Positions 23,501-33,900 of a stretch of DNA of 64,000 nucleotides are shown piece by piece. Below the pieces are notes generated by a model. It did not search any database and had not been told where the DNA came from. It saw only the letters and a program-made list of their open reading frames with translations. This DNA comes from Paramoeba atlantica. Its lineage: Eukaryota > Protista > Discosea. The number at the start of each line of letters is the position of its first letter. Within the stretch, counting starts at the first letter, position 1. The stretch lies in NCBI GenBank assembly GCA_977017575.1, contig CDRNVI010000148.1, positions 62,001 through 126,000 on the forward strand, read 5' to 3'. The translations under genes were made by a program, and so were the position numbers.

Positions 23501-23789
23501 AGAAGGATATCCAGTAACTTTTATTCGAACTGCAGAAGTTGACCCTTTGAGCGATGATGGGAAAGTATTTAGTGAGAGATTACAAAGTGTTGGTGTTGAT
23601 GTTGACATGGGACAGGTTCAATTTTCTTCTTTTTTTTTGAGTTATTTTTTTTTTGTCTTGTTTTTAACCACTCCAGGATAGGTGAATGGAGTTCTCCATC
23701 CATTTATATTGCTTCGTGATCGATGGGCACCTGCTGGTGTTGCTTACAAAGAGTTTTTGGATTTTTTTAGAAAGACAACTATGAACTAA
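20517..23789 (+). CDS. Baeyer-Villiger (class B flavoprotein) monooxygenase fused to a C-terminal HSL-family alpha/beta-hydrolase (esterase/lactonase), 7 exons
   Basis: Monooxygenase motifs: GAGFGG (FAD), GGTWHKPNYPGAHCD, GTGSTA (NADPH), QRTPNY, GCK/R, CTG/YDA, SWYLGLNIPGK. In the same exon with no stop come esterase motifs HGGGF, GYRLAPENPFPAAYND, GDSAGGNLA, DPLSDDG and, in the last exon, GVLHPF. Confidence 0.92.
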
Positions 23790-23886
23790 TTATGAAGAGA
23801 TCTTGGCGCACTCTTCAATAAAATTGAGAGAAAAAATCATCGTTGATTCTACATTTATGTCACCCATTTCTTTATTAAACACAGAA

Positions 23887-24947
23887 TCAAGAGTTAAGAT
23901 GAACTTCATTTCTCTCTTCATTGAAAACAAACTTCAACAAAATGAAAGCAAGGAGGAAACCAAATAGGCTACCACCAACAAATAACAATAAATCTTTCCA
24001 AAAAGAGGATGAAGATGATGGAGGAGATGGAGTGGAAGAGGGAGGAAATTCTGAGGGAGATGGTGATGGAGATGGAGTTGGGGATGGGGTTGGAGTTGGG
24101 GATGGGGTTGGAGTTGGGGTTGGGGTCGGAGATGGAATTGGAGATGGAGATAGAGAGGGAGATGGAGCTGGAGATGGAGATGGAGATGGGACTTTTATAA
24201 AAACAAAAAAGTCATGATATTCAGCCTCAGGCAAGAGGTCAAGAACATTACAAGAATCACGGAACTCAACACCTCTGAGATTGTAAGGTGAAGGGTCACT
24301 ACAATTAACTGGGGTCCAGAAATCAGTGTCGGAAATCTCACTGCTTTCACAATGGGAATTGGAAGAAGTCTCACATTCGTTGCTTGAACAATAAGTCAAA
24401 TCACACATAAAAAATGAATAAAACATCTGCACCTTTTCACTAATCTTCAGGAAGTACTTGTCCTCGTCGATCTTCGAACAATCATCAGATTCTCCAACTT
24501 CCTCATTGTACTTCTCAGCTAAACCAAGTGAGTAAAATAATCTGGTCAACTCAAAATCGAAGGAAACAAACCAATTTGTTCTGAAAGAAAGAATTCGGAC
24601 TCAGAGCGAGCGATGTACGTGTAGTTGTCGAAGAAGTTCAAGACAGTTGTCACGACAACTCTTTCAAAGTAGTCGAGCTCATCGTCATTGTAGAAAAAGG
24701 TGTCCTCAGTTTGCCACTTGCCGAGAATGCTGCAACCATTGCAAGGTTCAATATCAGAGGCAGTTTCGCAAAACCCTCGCTTCTCTCTGGCATTATCTGG
24801 AGGGAGGAACGCCCTTTGGAATGAATTGAAGTGAAAACGAGCCTCCTCGTCCATCCTATTCTTGAGAGTCTCTCTCATCTTTTGTTTGTTTACACCAGAG
24901 GCGACAAAAGAGACAGCGTAAAAAAGACACAACAACAGAGACTTCAT
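23887..24947 (-). CDS. Type I membrane protein of unknown function (signal peptide, Cys-containing ectodomain, PS/PT stalk, C-terminal TM helix), probably 2 exons
   Basis: [18 protein letters not shown] signal. A ~59-nt GT-AG intron (about 24541-24599) joins the two track ORFs in frame. (PS/PT)n stalk; TM segment [19 protein letters not shown]. Confidence 0.75.
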
Positions 24948-25136
24948 CGTTTCCACCAAACGAGAATGGAAACGCAACAGGAGGAGGAGTTTTCTGCAAC
25001 AAAAACACACACCCCAAAGAGAAATTCTCGTGTGCCCAAACAAAAAATGAGGCACCTTTGGGAAAGAAAATCCACGTCATCAAACCAAAATTTTCCATTT
25101 TTGGTTTTTTTTTCATTTTTGTTGCCGTTTTTTGTG

Positions 25137-25637
25137 ATGGTAGAAGAAATTATTGTCGCTTCCACCATCCTCTTTGCTGGGGCTCTTGTTTATTTTTTTT
25201 GTGGGGAAGAGAGGCTCTCTTCCAAACAAAGCCCAACAGAAAAAGAATCTACTTTTGACCCATACGCCCTCGAAATTGTTGCTCAGCACAACACTCCTGA
25301 AGACATTTGGATCCAGATTGGGAACAAGGTTTGGCATTCAACTTTTTTTTTCAATCAAATTGATTCTGAATCACACAAACTAGGTCTATGATGTGACTTT
25401 GTTTTTAACTGAACACCCAGGAGGTGATGAAGTTCTTCTTGACTACGCGGGTTCTCAAAACTGCTCTTTTTTGATATTGTTTTGAGTTTCTCAATTTTTT
25501 CACCAGGAAAAGATGCAACGGAAGCTTTTGAAGACATAGGTCATTCAGCAGATGCAATTCAGATGCTCTCAAAGTTTGAAGTTGACCTTGAGGTTTTCTT
25601 TTCTCAAAAAAACCACAAAAAAAAGCTCACATTGTGA
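25137..25637 (+). CDS. Cytochrome b5-like heme protein with N-terminal membrane anchor, 3 exons
   Basis: HNTPEDIWIQIGNK/VYDVTLFLTEHPGGDEVLLDYAG/KDATEAFEDIGHS carries both heme-ligating His (HPGG, GHS). The N-terminus IIVASTILFAGALVYFFC is hydrophobic. The exact C-terminus is uncertain. Confidence 0.9.
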
Positions 25638-26039
25638 TCGGAACAGAGAGGGAAAAATATCAAAGCAGCAAGAAGAGGAAATTCACATGAATAATTTTGT
25701 TCCAAGAGGTCTCCCAACAGTTTAAAAGATTGGTTTCTTCATTCATTTTGGAGAAATCTTTAGTACTGTCTCCTTATGAAGACAATAACTCAACACCACA
25801 ATCCCAGGTTCTCGATTCTTCAGAGAGAGCCTCTTTCTCTTTCTCTCTCGTTCTCTCTTTTGGAGATTTTTTCTCAGGCAAGAAAAGGAGAATAAAAGAA
25901 TTTTTCAACCACACAATTTTTCTTGTTTTTCTTGTTCGTTCGTTTTTCTCTTGCAAGTCTTGTTATCGTTTTGTTTTTTGTGTTTGTTTTTGTTTTTATT
26001 TTGTCTTTGTCTTCCACCTTTCATCGACAACTTCAACCA

Positions 26040-26288
26040 ATGGGGGCTAACTTCTCACGTCGTCGCCGAGAGAAGTGGGGGAAAAGTGAGATTGATGATC
26101 TGGGGGAGGAAAATGAGGGACCTGAATTTTGTGCCCCAGATTGCACTAGTGTGCACTGGAAGAGAAAATGTATCAATTGTCAAAAGAATTATGGCAACCA
26201 CTTTGGTCACTATTGTGATGCTGATCGAAAAACCAAAGCGGATTTCTCAATTTCAATTGCCAGAAATATTAAGGGAGCCAGGGGTTAG
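26040..26288 (+). CDS. Small (82 aa) N-myristoylation-motif protein with Cys/His cluster, copy 1
   Basis: MGANFS (MGxxxS); CAPDC-x3-H-x4-C-x2-C-x6-H-x2-H-x-C. The ORF is conserved between two tandem copies. Confidence 0.7.
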   Translation: MGANFSRRRREKWGKSEIDDLGEENEGPEFCAPDCTSVHWKRKCINCQKNYGNHFGHYCDADRKTKADFSISIARNIKGARG

Positions 26289-26397
26289 AAGGTTAGAAGG
26301 TTTTCTTTTCTATGTTTTGTCTTCGCCTCTATGTTTTCCAAAATGAATTCACCTCAAGAAAAAAAAGAATTGCATTTTTTCTTTGAAAAAAAGAAAA

Positions 26398-26512
26398 GGT
26401 CGCTGTCATCATAGAAAAAGGAGTTCCCATTGCGAATGCTCCAACCATCGCAAGGTTCGATCTCAGAGAGGCAGTTTCCTCTCTTGTCTCAGTCATCTGG
26501 AGGGATGTTGAT
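26398..26512 (-). pseudogene. Degenerate fragment of the type I membrane protein gene (homologous to about 24674-24810)
   Basis: Translates INIPPDD*DKRGNCLSEIEPCDGWSIRNGNSFFYDDSD versus [45 protein letters not shown]. It has an in-frame stop and a deletion. Confidence 0.7.
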
Positions 26513-26786
26513 GTTGTAGTATTGTCTCCTTGTCATGACAATAACTTGACACCACATCATCAGGTTCTCGATTCTTCAGAGAGAGCCTTTCTCTCTCTCT
26601 TGTTCTCTCTTTTGGAGATTTTTTCTCAAGAGAAAAAGAGAATAAAAGAATTTTTTCAACCACACAATTTTTCTGTTTTCTTGTTTTCGTTTTTCTCTTG
26701 CCAGTCTTGTTATCGTTTTGTTTTTTGTGTTTGTTTTTGTTTTTATTTTGTCTTTGTCTTCCACCTTTCATCAACTGCTTCAACTG

Positions 26787-27026
26787 ATGGGGTCTAACTT
26801 CTCACGTCGTCGAGAGAGGGAGGAAAGTGAGATTGTTGATCCAAAGAAAAGTGACGGACCTGAATTTTGTGCTCCAGATTGCTCGAGCCAGCACTGGAAT
26901 CGAAAATGTATCAAATGTCAAAAGAGTTATGGGAAACACTTTGGCCACTATTGTGATGCTGCTCACAAAACCAAAGGGGATTTCTCAATTTCAATTGCCA
27001 GAAATATTAAGGGAGCCAGGGGTTAA
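26787..27026 (+). CDS. Small (79 aa) N-myristoylation-motif Cys/His protein, copy 2
   Basis: MGSNFS..EFCAPDCSSQHWNRKCIKCQKSYGKHFGHYCD..FSISIARNIKGARG. All Cys/His are conserved with copy 1; the duplicated unit is about 750 bp including flanks. Confidence 0.7.
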   Translation: MGSNFSRRREREESEIVDPKKSDGPEFCAPDCSSQHWNRKCIKCQKSYGKHFGHYCDAAHKTKGDFSISIARNIKGARG

Positions 27027-27396
27027 AAGGTTAGAAGGTTTCTTTTCTATTTTTTGTCTTCGACTCTCTGTTTTCCAAAATGAATTCACCAAGAAAAGAA
27101 AAAAGAATTACATTATTTCTTTGAAAAAAAAAAGAAGAGCCAGAGAGATTAGATATTTCTATTTACAATAAAAAACAGGGGCTATGTTCTTTTTGTCTTC
27201 CAATCGAGTTTAAGAAAGAAAAAAGGTGGAGAGAGAGGAGACATCTCCCATCCTTCAGGAGAGAGGACAGTGAGATTTCAATCGTTCTTTTTTTTCTTTT
27301 TTGGATCAAATGCATTCTCCAAAGATCTTTGAACCCCACGATCAAACCCCAACCAACAAAGATTTTTGTTCGAAAAAGGAAAACGGAAAAAATGTG

Positions 27397-28964
27397 TTAA
27401 AGAGAAAGAACGATATGGAAAGTCGTCATTGCTGACATTGCAAGGAGCGTGAGAAGTAATCCTCTCAGTGTTGAGGTTAATCGACAAGCTTCAGGAATCA
27501 TCTCTGTAATTACAATAAACATCATTGCACCACCTGCAAACCCCAACCTACCAACAAAAGAAAGAGAGAATCAGAAGAAAAAGACCAAAAAAATCAAAAA
27601 AAAAATCAAAAAAATCAAAAAAATCAAAAAATATTCAAAAAAAAGAAGAGAGAAACTCACCCTAAGGGAAGCATTGTTACTGTAAGGTCTTTTCCAAGAT
27701 AAGAGAAAGCAAGAACTGCAAAAAATGGTTGGGGCATATGAGAAACCGACACCCAAAAAGTAGCTGTCATAAATTTAACCCTATTTTTATGTATTTTACT
27801 TCTGATCTCTCGATTTAAAAAAAATCTTTTTCTTTTAAAAATAAAAGAAAAAACTATACCCTTTTGATAAAAGAACAACAGCAATCGCAACCCCCTCTGG
27901 AATATTGTGAAGTGCCATCGCAATTGTTATGAATACTCCCTATTTTTTCGATCGCTTTAAGAAAGAGCAATGAAACGAAAAAAGAAAGGAAGAAAGAGAT
28001 AAAATGACAAACCAAAACATGACCACCAGTAAAAGAGAGACCCATGGCAAGTCCTTCAGCAAAAGCATGCGAGGTAATCGCTCCAACAACTAAAATAACT
28101 TGTCTAGTTATTTCGAAAGAAAAGTAAGTCTAACTTTCAAAGAAAAAAAGAAAAAGAAAAAAGAAAAAAGAAAAACTATAATCAAGAAATTATAAACCTT
28201 GATTGAGAAGTATCTAAGTCGCCAATGGAGAGTCCACCAAATTTTTTTTCGAGAATCTCTTCGGAAATGAGCTATCATCAAAGACAAAAGAAAAATAATA
28301 AACAAACAAAAAAAATTAGAATTTGATCGAAAAAAAAGAAAAAGAAATTATATTACCATTGAAATAATACCAATCAAAATCCCAAGCAATCCGTATGGAA
28401 CATTTGCGCTAAGTGACTCAACAAAGAGAGAAAGAGATGCTGAACTCATCATTCCTGAAAAAAATAGAAAAAAAGAGAAAAAGAAAGAAAAAGAAAGAAG
28501 ATTAATGGAATTATTCCCAAAAGAAAGAAAGAGAAAAAGAAAGAAAAACCAGCTGCAAGGGCATTCATGACCCCCATCACTTGTTTTGGGATCTCTAAAG
28601 ATTCGAAAAATGAGGAAACAAGAAAGAAAGGGAAAAAAGAAGAAGAAAGTTCGGACCATTTCCTAAAATCAAAAGTGAGAAAAAGAAAAAGAGTAAAATA
28701 ATTCAAAAAAAAAAGAGAGAAAAGTTTTTCACAAACCATAAAAAGCAAAAGGAAGAATCCCAACTCCAGAGAGCAGTGCAGAAAAAAAGGTCAAACAAAA
28801 CACCTTTTCTGTTTCATCAGATTCTTTTTTTTCAAAACACAAAAAGAAAGAAGAGAAGAGAAAGAGAAGTGAAAGAGAAAGAGAAAAGAAGAGAAATGAG
28901 ATACATAAGAACCATTGAGAGGAACTTCAATCAGCCCAACTTCTTCAGAAGATGGGAGAGGCAT
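27397..28964 (-). CDS. ZIP (ZupT/GufA/ZIP11-like) zinc/iron transporter, multi-exon
   Basis: SALLSGVGILPFAF, MNALAAG/MMSSAS, ITSHAFAEGLAMGLSF (TM4), ALHNIPEGVAIA (TM5), SHMPQP, GFAGGAMMFIVITEMIPEA. Confidence 0.88.
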
Positions 28965-29389
28965 TGTTTCAAAAGTTTTTTTCTGAACTTTTTGGTTTTT
29001 TCTGTCGTTTGTTTTGTAGTTTGAAGAATTAGTTTGTATTTTTTTGTTTAGGAGGGGGGAAAACTCAGAAACTTCTTAATTCTTCTTCACTAAAACTTCT
29101 TAATTCCAAACACAACAACACAACAACACCTTTCTTCCGCAAACAAAACACGCCAAAAAGAAAAAAGGCGAAAGAATCCGAGAAAAAAATGGAGGATAAA
29201 AATCCCACAAACACCTTATTTTCAAGTGAGATTTCACTGACTTTTCTCAACCATTTCGTTTGAATATTTTTTAGATTTCTAAATTAAGCGTATAAACGCT
29301 GTTTTTTGAGTTGTTTTTGTGTGTGTCGTTTTGGAGCAAGAGTTTTCTCTTTTCCTTTTCCTTTTATCTTTTTTTGTTTTGAAAAAAAA

Positions 29390-29575
29390 ATGCTTCAACC
29401 AGTCACCCCTCTCCAAGTGGTCTTGACCTTGATGGTTTCCTTCTCTCTCTGGTACTTTGGAACCTACAAAAATCCAGTCGCGCAATTAGCCCCGTTTTAT
29501 CCGATGTTGTGGGTTTTGATTTGTCTCTTGCCTTCCTTTCACCCAAACCGAAAGAAGGATGAAGGTGAAAACTAA
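29390..29575 (+). CDS. Possible small (61 aa) two-TM protein
   Basis: MLQPVTPLQVVLTLMVSFSLWYFGTYKNPVAQLAPFYPMLWVLICLLPSFHPNRKKDEGEN. Non-repetitive coding-like sequence, divergent from ZIP and convergent with AAGAB. No family recognised. Confidence 0.4.
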   Translation: MLQPVTPLQVVLTLMVSFSLWYFGTYKNPVAQLAPFYPMLWVLICLLPSFHPNRKKDEGEN

Positions 29576-29611
29576 AAACCCTTTGAACCCAAAAAAAAAA
29601 CAAGTTCTTCT

Positions 29612-30626
29612 TCAACGATCCCCCTTTCCAAAAATATCGAGATCCTCAGCGCCAAAAACTCCATCCTCGCCCCCTTCGCCATCATCACACAAAAGAGAAG
29701 CAAAACTCAGAGCCACTTGCGCAGCAATCTCCCTCCTTTCTTCATCAGGAAGAGTTTGAGCCAACGATCTCAGTTGCCCAAGCTCTTGCATTGTTGTTAA
29801 GAACTGATCCTCGCCTTCGCCCTCAATCCCAAGATTCATAAAAGTTTCATTCATTAAGAAAGGATTTCCTCCTGTTGTTGTTGTTCCTAACCCTCCTAAT
29901 CCATTTGTTGTTTGTAATCCCTCTTGTTGTGGTTGTTGAATAGGAACCTTATCTCGAATCTCACGAAGACTATTCGTAAAAGAAACGAAATCATCTTCCT
30001 TTTCTTTTTCTTTTTCTTTTTCTTCAATCTTCTTAGGTGGTTGACTCGCTGATTGTTTGGTCGGATCTTTTCGGGTCATATTCGGCCACATATTTGCATC
30101 AAGAACTTGAAAGATACGGTGGTAACCAATTACCTCCCCTTCAAACTCCTTTTCTTCTTGGTTTAGGTCGATCAATTCGAAGCCAAATTCCAAACAACGT
30201 TCAAGAAGGGAAGGGTCAACTTTAACACCAACATTTCCAACACACAATTGAATTGGTGCCTTCAAAAAAAAAACATTTTAGAATTCAAAGAAAAAGAAAA
30301 AGAAAGAAAAAGAAAAGACCTCATATTCTTTCAGTCGCATGGATTCAAACAAACTCTCCAACTCCTTTGGACAAAGAGACGAATCAACCAACACGATCAA
30401 AGCATCAGCTTCTTCGGTCAAACACTTCCAACTTTCCTCTTTCCCTTTCATCAAATCAGAGAATGACAAATATTTCAGAGAAAGAAGAGGCAGAATAATA
30501 TTTGTTGTCCAACAAAACTGCGCTCTTTGACCTCTCTTTGGTTGGTTGTTTCGATGATAAAGTTTCGATGAAGTTTGATCGTTCTGTTTCGACAACCACA
30601 ACAATATTTCCTTCACTATCGTCCAT
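29612..30626 (-). CDS. AAGAB: Alpha- and gamma-adaptin-binding protein p34 homolog
   Basis: LDNKYYSA, ADALIVLVDS, IQLCVGN, CLEFGFELI, GYHRIFQVLDANMWPNMTRK, LRSLAQTLPDEERREIAAQVALSF. One clear intron (about 30255-30319). A second frame change near 30440-30470 needs an atypical 31-nt intron or a frameshift. Confidence 0.82.
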
Positions 30627-30928
30627 TTTTTTTCCTTTCCAAAACCAAAGAAGACAAAAAAAGAGAAAGAGGAGAAGAAGAGAGAGAAAGAGAAAGAGAA
30701 AGAGAAAGAGAAAGAGAAAAGAAAAAGATGAAAACAGAACGAAAAAACAAACAACGAAAAAGCTGACGTCATCTTTTTTTTGGTTTCTTTTTTTTTTTCA
30801 TTTTTCTTTTGCAAAACAGAATAATTATTATTTGTTTTTGTGATTGTTTTTTCTTTTTCTTTTCTTTCTATTTTGCAGTCGATTAAATAACTTTGTTTTT
30901 GAAGATGAGATTATATCACAGGAGTTCT

Positions 30929-33900
30929 TCAATGTTCCACTTGTTGAAGAGCAAGGAGATTACTTTTTGCTTCAGTGAGTTGTTTTTGACAATCAAAAAA
31001 GGAATTTAAGAGTTCTTCAATTGCTGTTTCTGAGTCTCGAGGTTCAGCATATCTTGAATATTGGTGACACTACAATTCTTTTATCAGAAAGAGAAGGAAA
31101 GAGAGAAAAGAAAGAAAAAGAAAAAGAAGAACCTTATCTTCCGTCAGAATGTCAATTGATTTTAGAGCAGAAGAAAATTGGAACTAAAGGGAAAAAAAGA
31201 AGAAAATCAGCAATGAAAGAAGAAGAGGAAAGAAAGAAGAAAGAAAGAAGAGGAAAAGGAAGAAAGAAAGAAGAACCTGTGGGGGAGGATGGGAATCAGA
31301 ATAACTGACACTTTGAAATGACAATGTTTCTTGAATTACTTTCGCAACCTGTTCAAAAAAAAAGTTTAAAAAAACATTCTCTCTCTCTCCTCTCTCCTTT
31401 TCTTTTCTACACATTATTCTTTTCATCATAACGAGAACAAAAAAAAAATGACCATAATCCATTTTTTGAAATTAATACAACCGAGCTGTTTGTCCTTATT
31501 TCCATCATCCAAGAAAGTCAAATCACTTAAATGAGCTCCAATATAAGGAATACAAGGCGGTTTGATTGTCTATTTTCTTCCATCAGTTTTCTTCCATCAG
31601 TTTTCTTTCATCAGTTTTCTCATCAGAAAGAGAAAAATAATAAACAATAAACAATAAAAAAGAATAAAATTTTATCTCAAAAAAAAAACTTTCAAAACAC
31701 CAAACACTAAATCCAAAATACTAAAAAGAAGAAATTGCCATAAAAAACCTTGAGATGATTTCGATACACAGCATAACTCGCAGAATGAGAGAGAATCTCA
31801 GCCATATGATCATATATCTTCTGAGAATCGGAACTAATTCGAGCCCATGTCTTAAGAAATAGTTGAAATGTTAAAACAAAAAAAATAATAATTGAAAGGT
31901 GTTTGAAGAGAAGAGAAGAGAGAAGAAAAGAGAAAAGAATATAATTCTGTTTCTTCAAACCTTTTTCATTCGCCAAAAGGCAGAATTCGTTAAACCACCA
32001 AACATCGCCATATAACTTGATATAAAACAAAATCAAAATTAGTTTTTTTTTTTAAAAGAAATCAAATTTGAAAAAAATAATATCAAGAACAACAAAGAAA
32101 CCTCGATAAGTTATTCAACTCAAACAAATGTTCGCAAAGTTTAAGAAACTTTTCCAATAATTTGACTCGATCATCAGCTCTCATCCTTTTCATAAGTTCT
32201 GAAGTCACCCTTGAAAATACCATTTTAAGAATTGTTTGGAAGCATAACAACACAAACAAGAAAAAGAAAGGAACAAACAAGTACCAAACAATAAACATTT
32301 TAAACATTTTAAAATAAGAAACATCCATCAATTAATCCAAATGACAAACAAAAGAAAAAAAGAAAAAAGAAAAAAAGAAACCAAGTAGAAATACGAGTAG
32401 AATTCGAAATCATAGCAGAAATTTTGGGACAATTTGAAGAAGTTCGTCGATTCCAAGTTAAAAGTTCTACAGATGGAATCTCAGAAAATAAATCAAATTC
32501 TTCAAAAGTGATGGATTTTGCAATTTCTGCTGGATCAAAAACATCCCACTGATATAATAAAACATTCAAAGAAAGAAGGAGAAAAAGGAACTGAGAGAAA
32601 GAAAAAGAGAAAAAAGAGAAAAAAGAGAAAGTGTCGAAGAGAGAGAGAGAGAGAGAGAGAGAAAGAAAGAAGAACTGATAGATCTGCAGGATTTCGAGAT
32701 GGTTTAAAATACATCGCTGCATCATAAAATTCTTCTTTTTTTTGCTTAAAATAACCAATCAAATTGGGAGAAATGAGTTCATCACTATCGATTTCTAAAA
32801 GAAAAAGAAATTAAAAACACTCAAGAAAAGAAAAAGAAAAATACAAAAGAAAGAAAGAAAAAAGAAAGAGAAAAAACCTTGAAAGAAAGAGGGTATTTCT
32901 TGTTCAACTGTTTTATCAAAAATCAAATCAGAAATATTGGTATCAATCCAACACTTTAATGTTTCGACAATCTCACTTTTTCTCCAGTAATTTGGTGGAA
33001 GAGTCTAAAAAAAACAAATCCAAATTAATCAGACGAGAATCTCAAAAACAAGTCATTTTGTTAAAGAAAGATAGTTTTAAAAATTTAACCAAAAGAAGAC
33101 AAACAAAACAAACAAATAAAATGAAAAAAAAGAAAAACGAAAAGAAAAAAAAAGAAAAAAGAAAAAAGAACCTTTTTCATCGGATCACCACTCCACCTCC
33201 TCCTCAACAACCTCACAACCTCAAAAGCAGTAGCAAACCTCGTATAAGTCAAAAAGAAAGCTTTCCGTATCTCAACAACATCAGGAGTATTCTCAGTCAT
33301 TGTCGCAATAACATCAGGAAGAGAAGTCAAATCAATTGCGCTCTGAGGCGGAGAAGCAAGAGCTAAATGAGGAGGAAGAATAGTCGGCCTTCTCTCCCTT
33401 CCTTCATCCCCCTTCTTGCTACTCTTATTTCGAAATCTTGACTTTTTCTTTTTTTGGTTCAAATCATCAGATGAATGAGAAACTTGAAAGTAACCTCTTG
33501 GATCTTCTCTTGGAGCAAACTTAGGAGATCTTCGAGATGTTTTTGGAGATCTTGTGATCGAATTTTTACTTAGCTCAGGAGAAATAGATCCACCATCACA
33601 ACGCATAATCGGTTCAGGACAAACAACCCCCCTTGCTGCAGAGACAGTTGTCGCATCAGAAAGAGTCACACTCGCAATCATTACAGGAGAATTAGGATGG
33701 TTTGTCATGGGGGGACTAAAATTGAGTAAAGACCGGTCTCGAATAATCGAACTTGGAGCTCCTTCTTCATCTTTTGCCGTTGAAAGAGAAGCGAAAGTTT
33801 GGTTTCGATAGGGGAACGCAATTCCTCCTCCTCCTCCTCCTCCTCCTCCTTCCTTTCCTAAAGGAGAATTGCCTTGTTGGAATTGGGGTTCAGGTGAATT

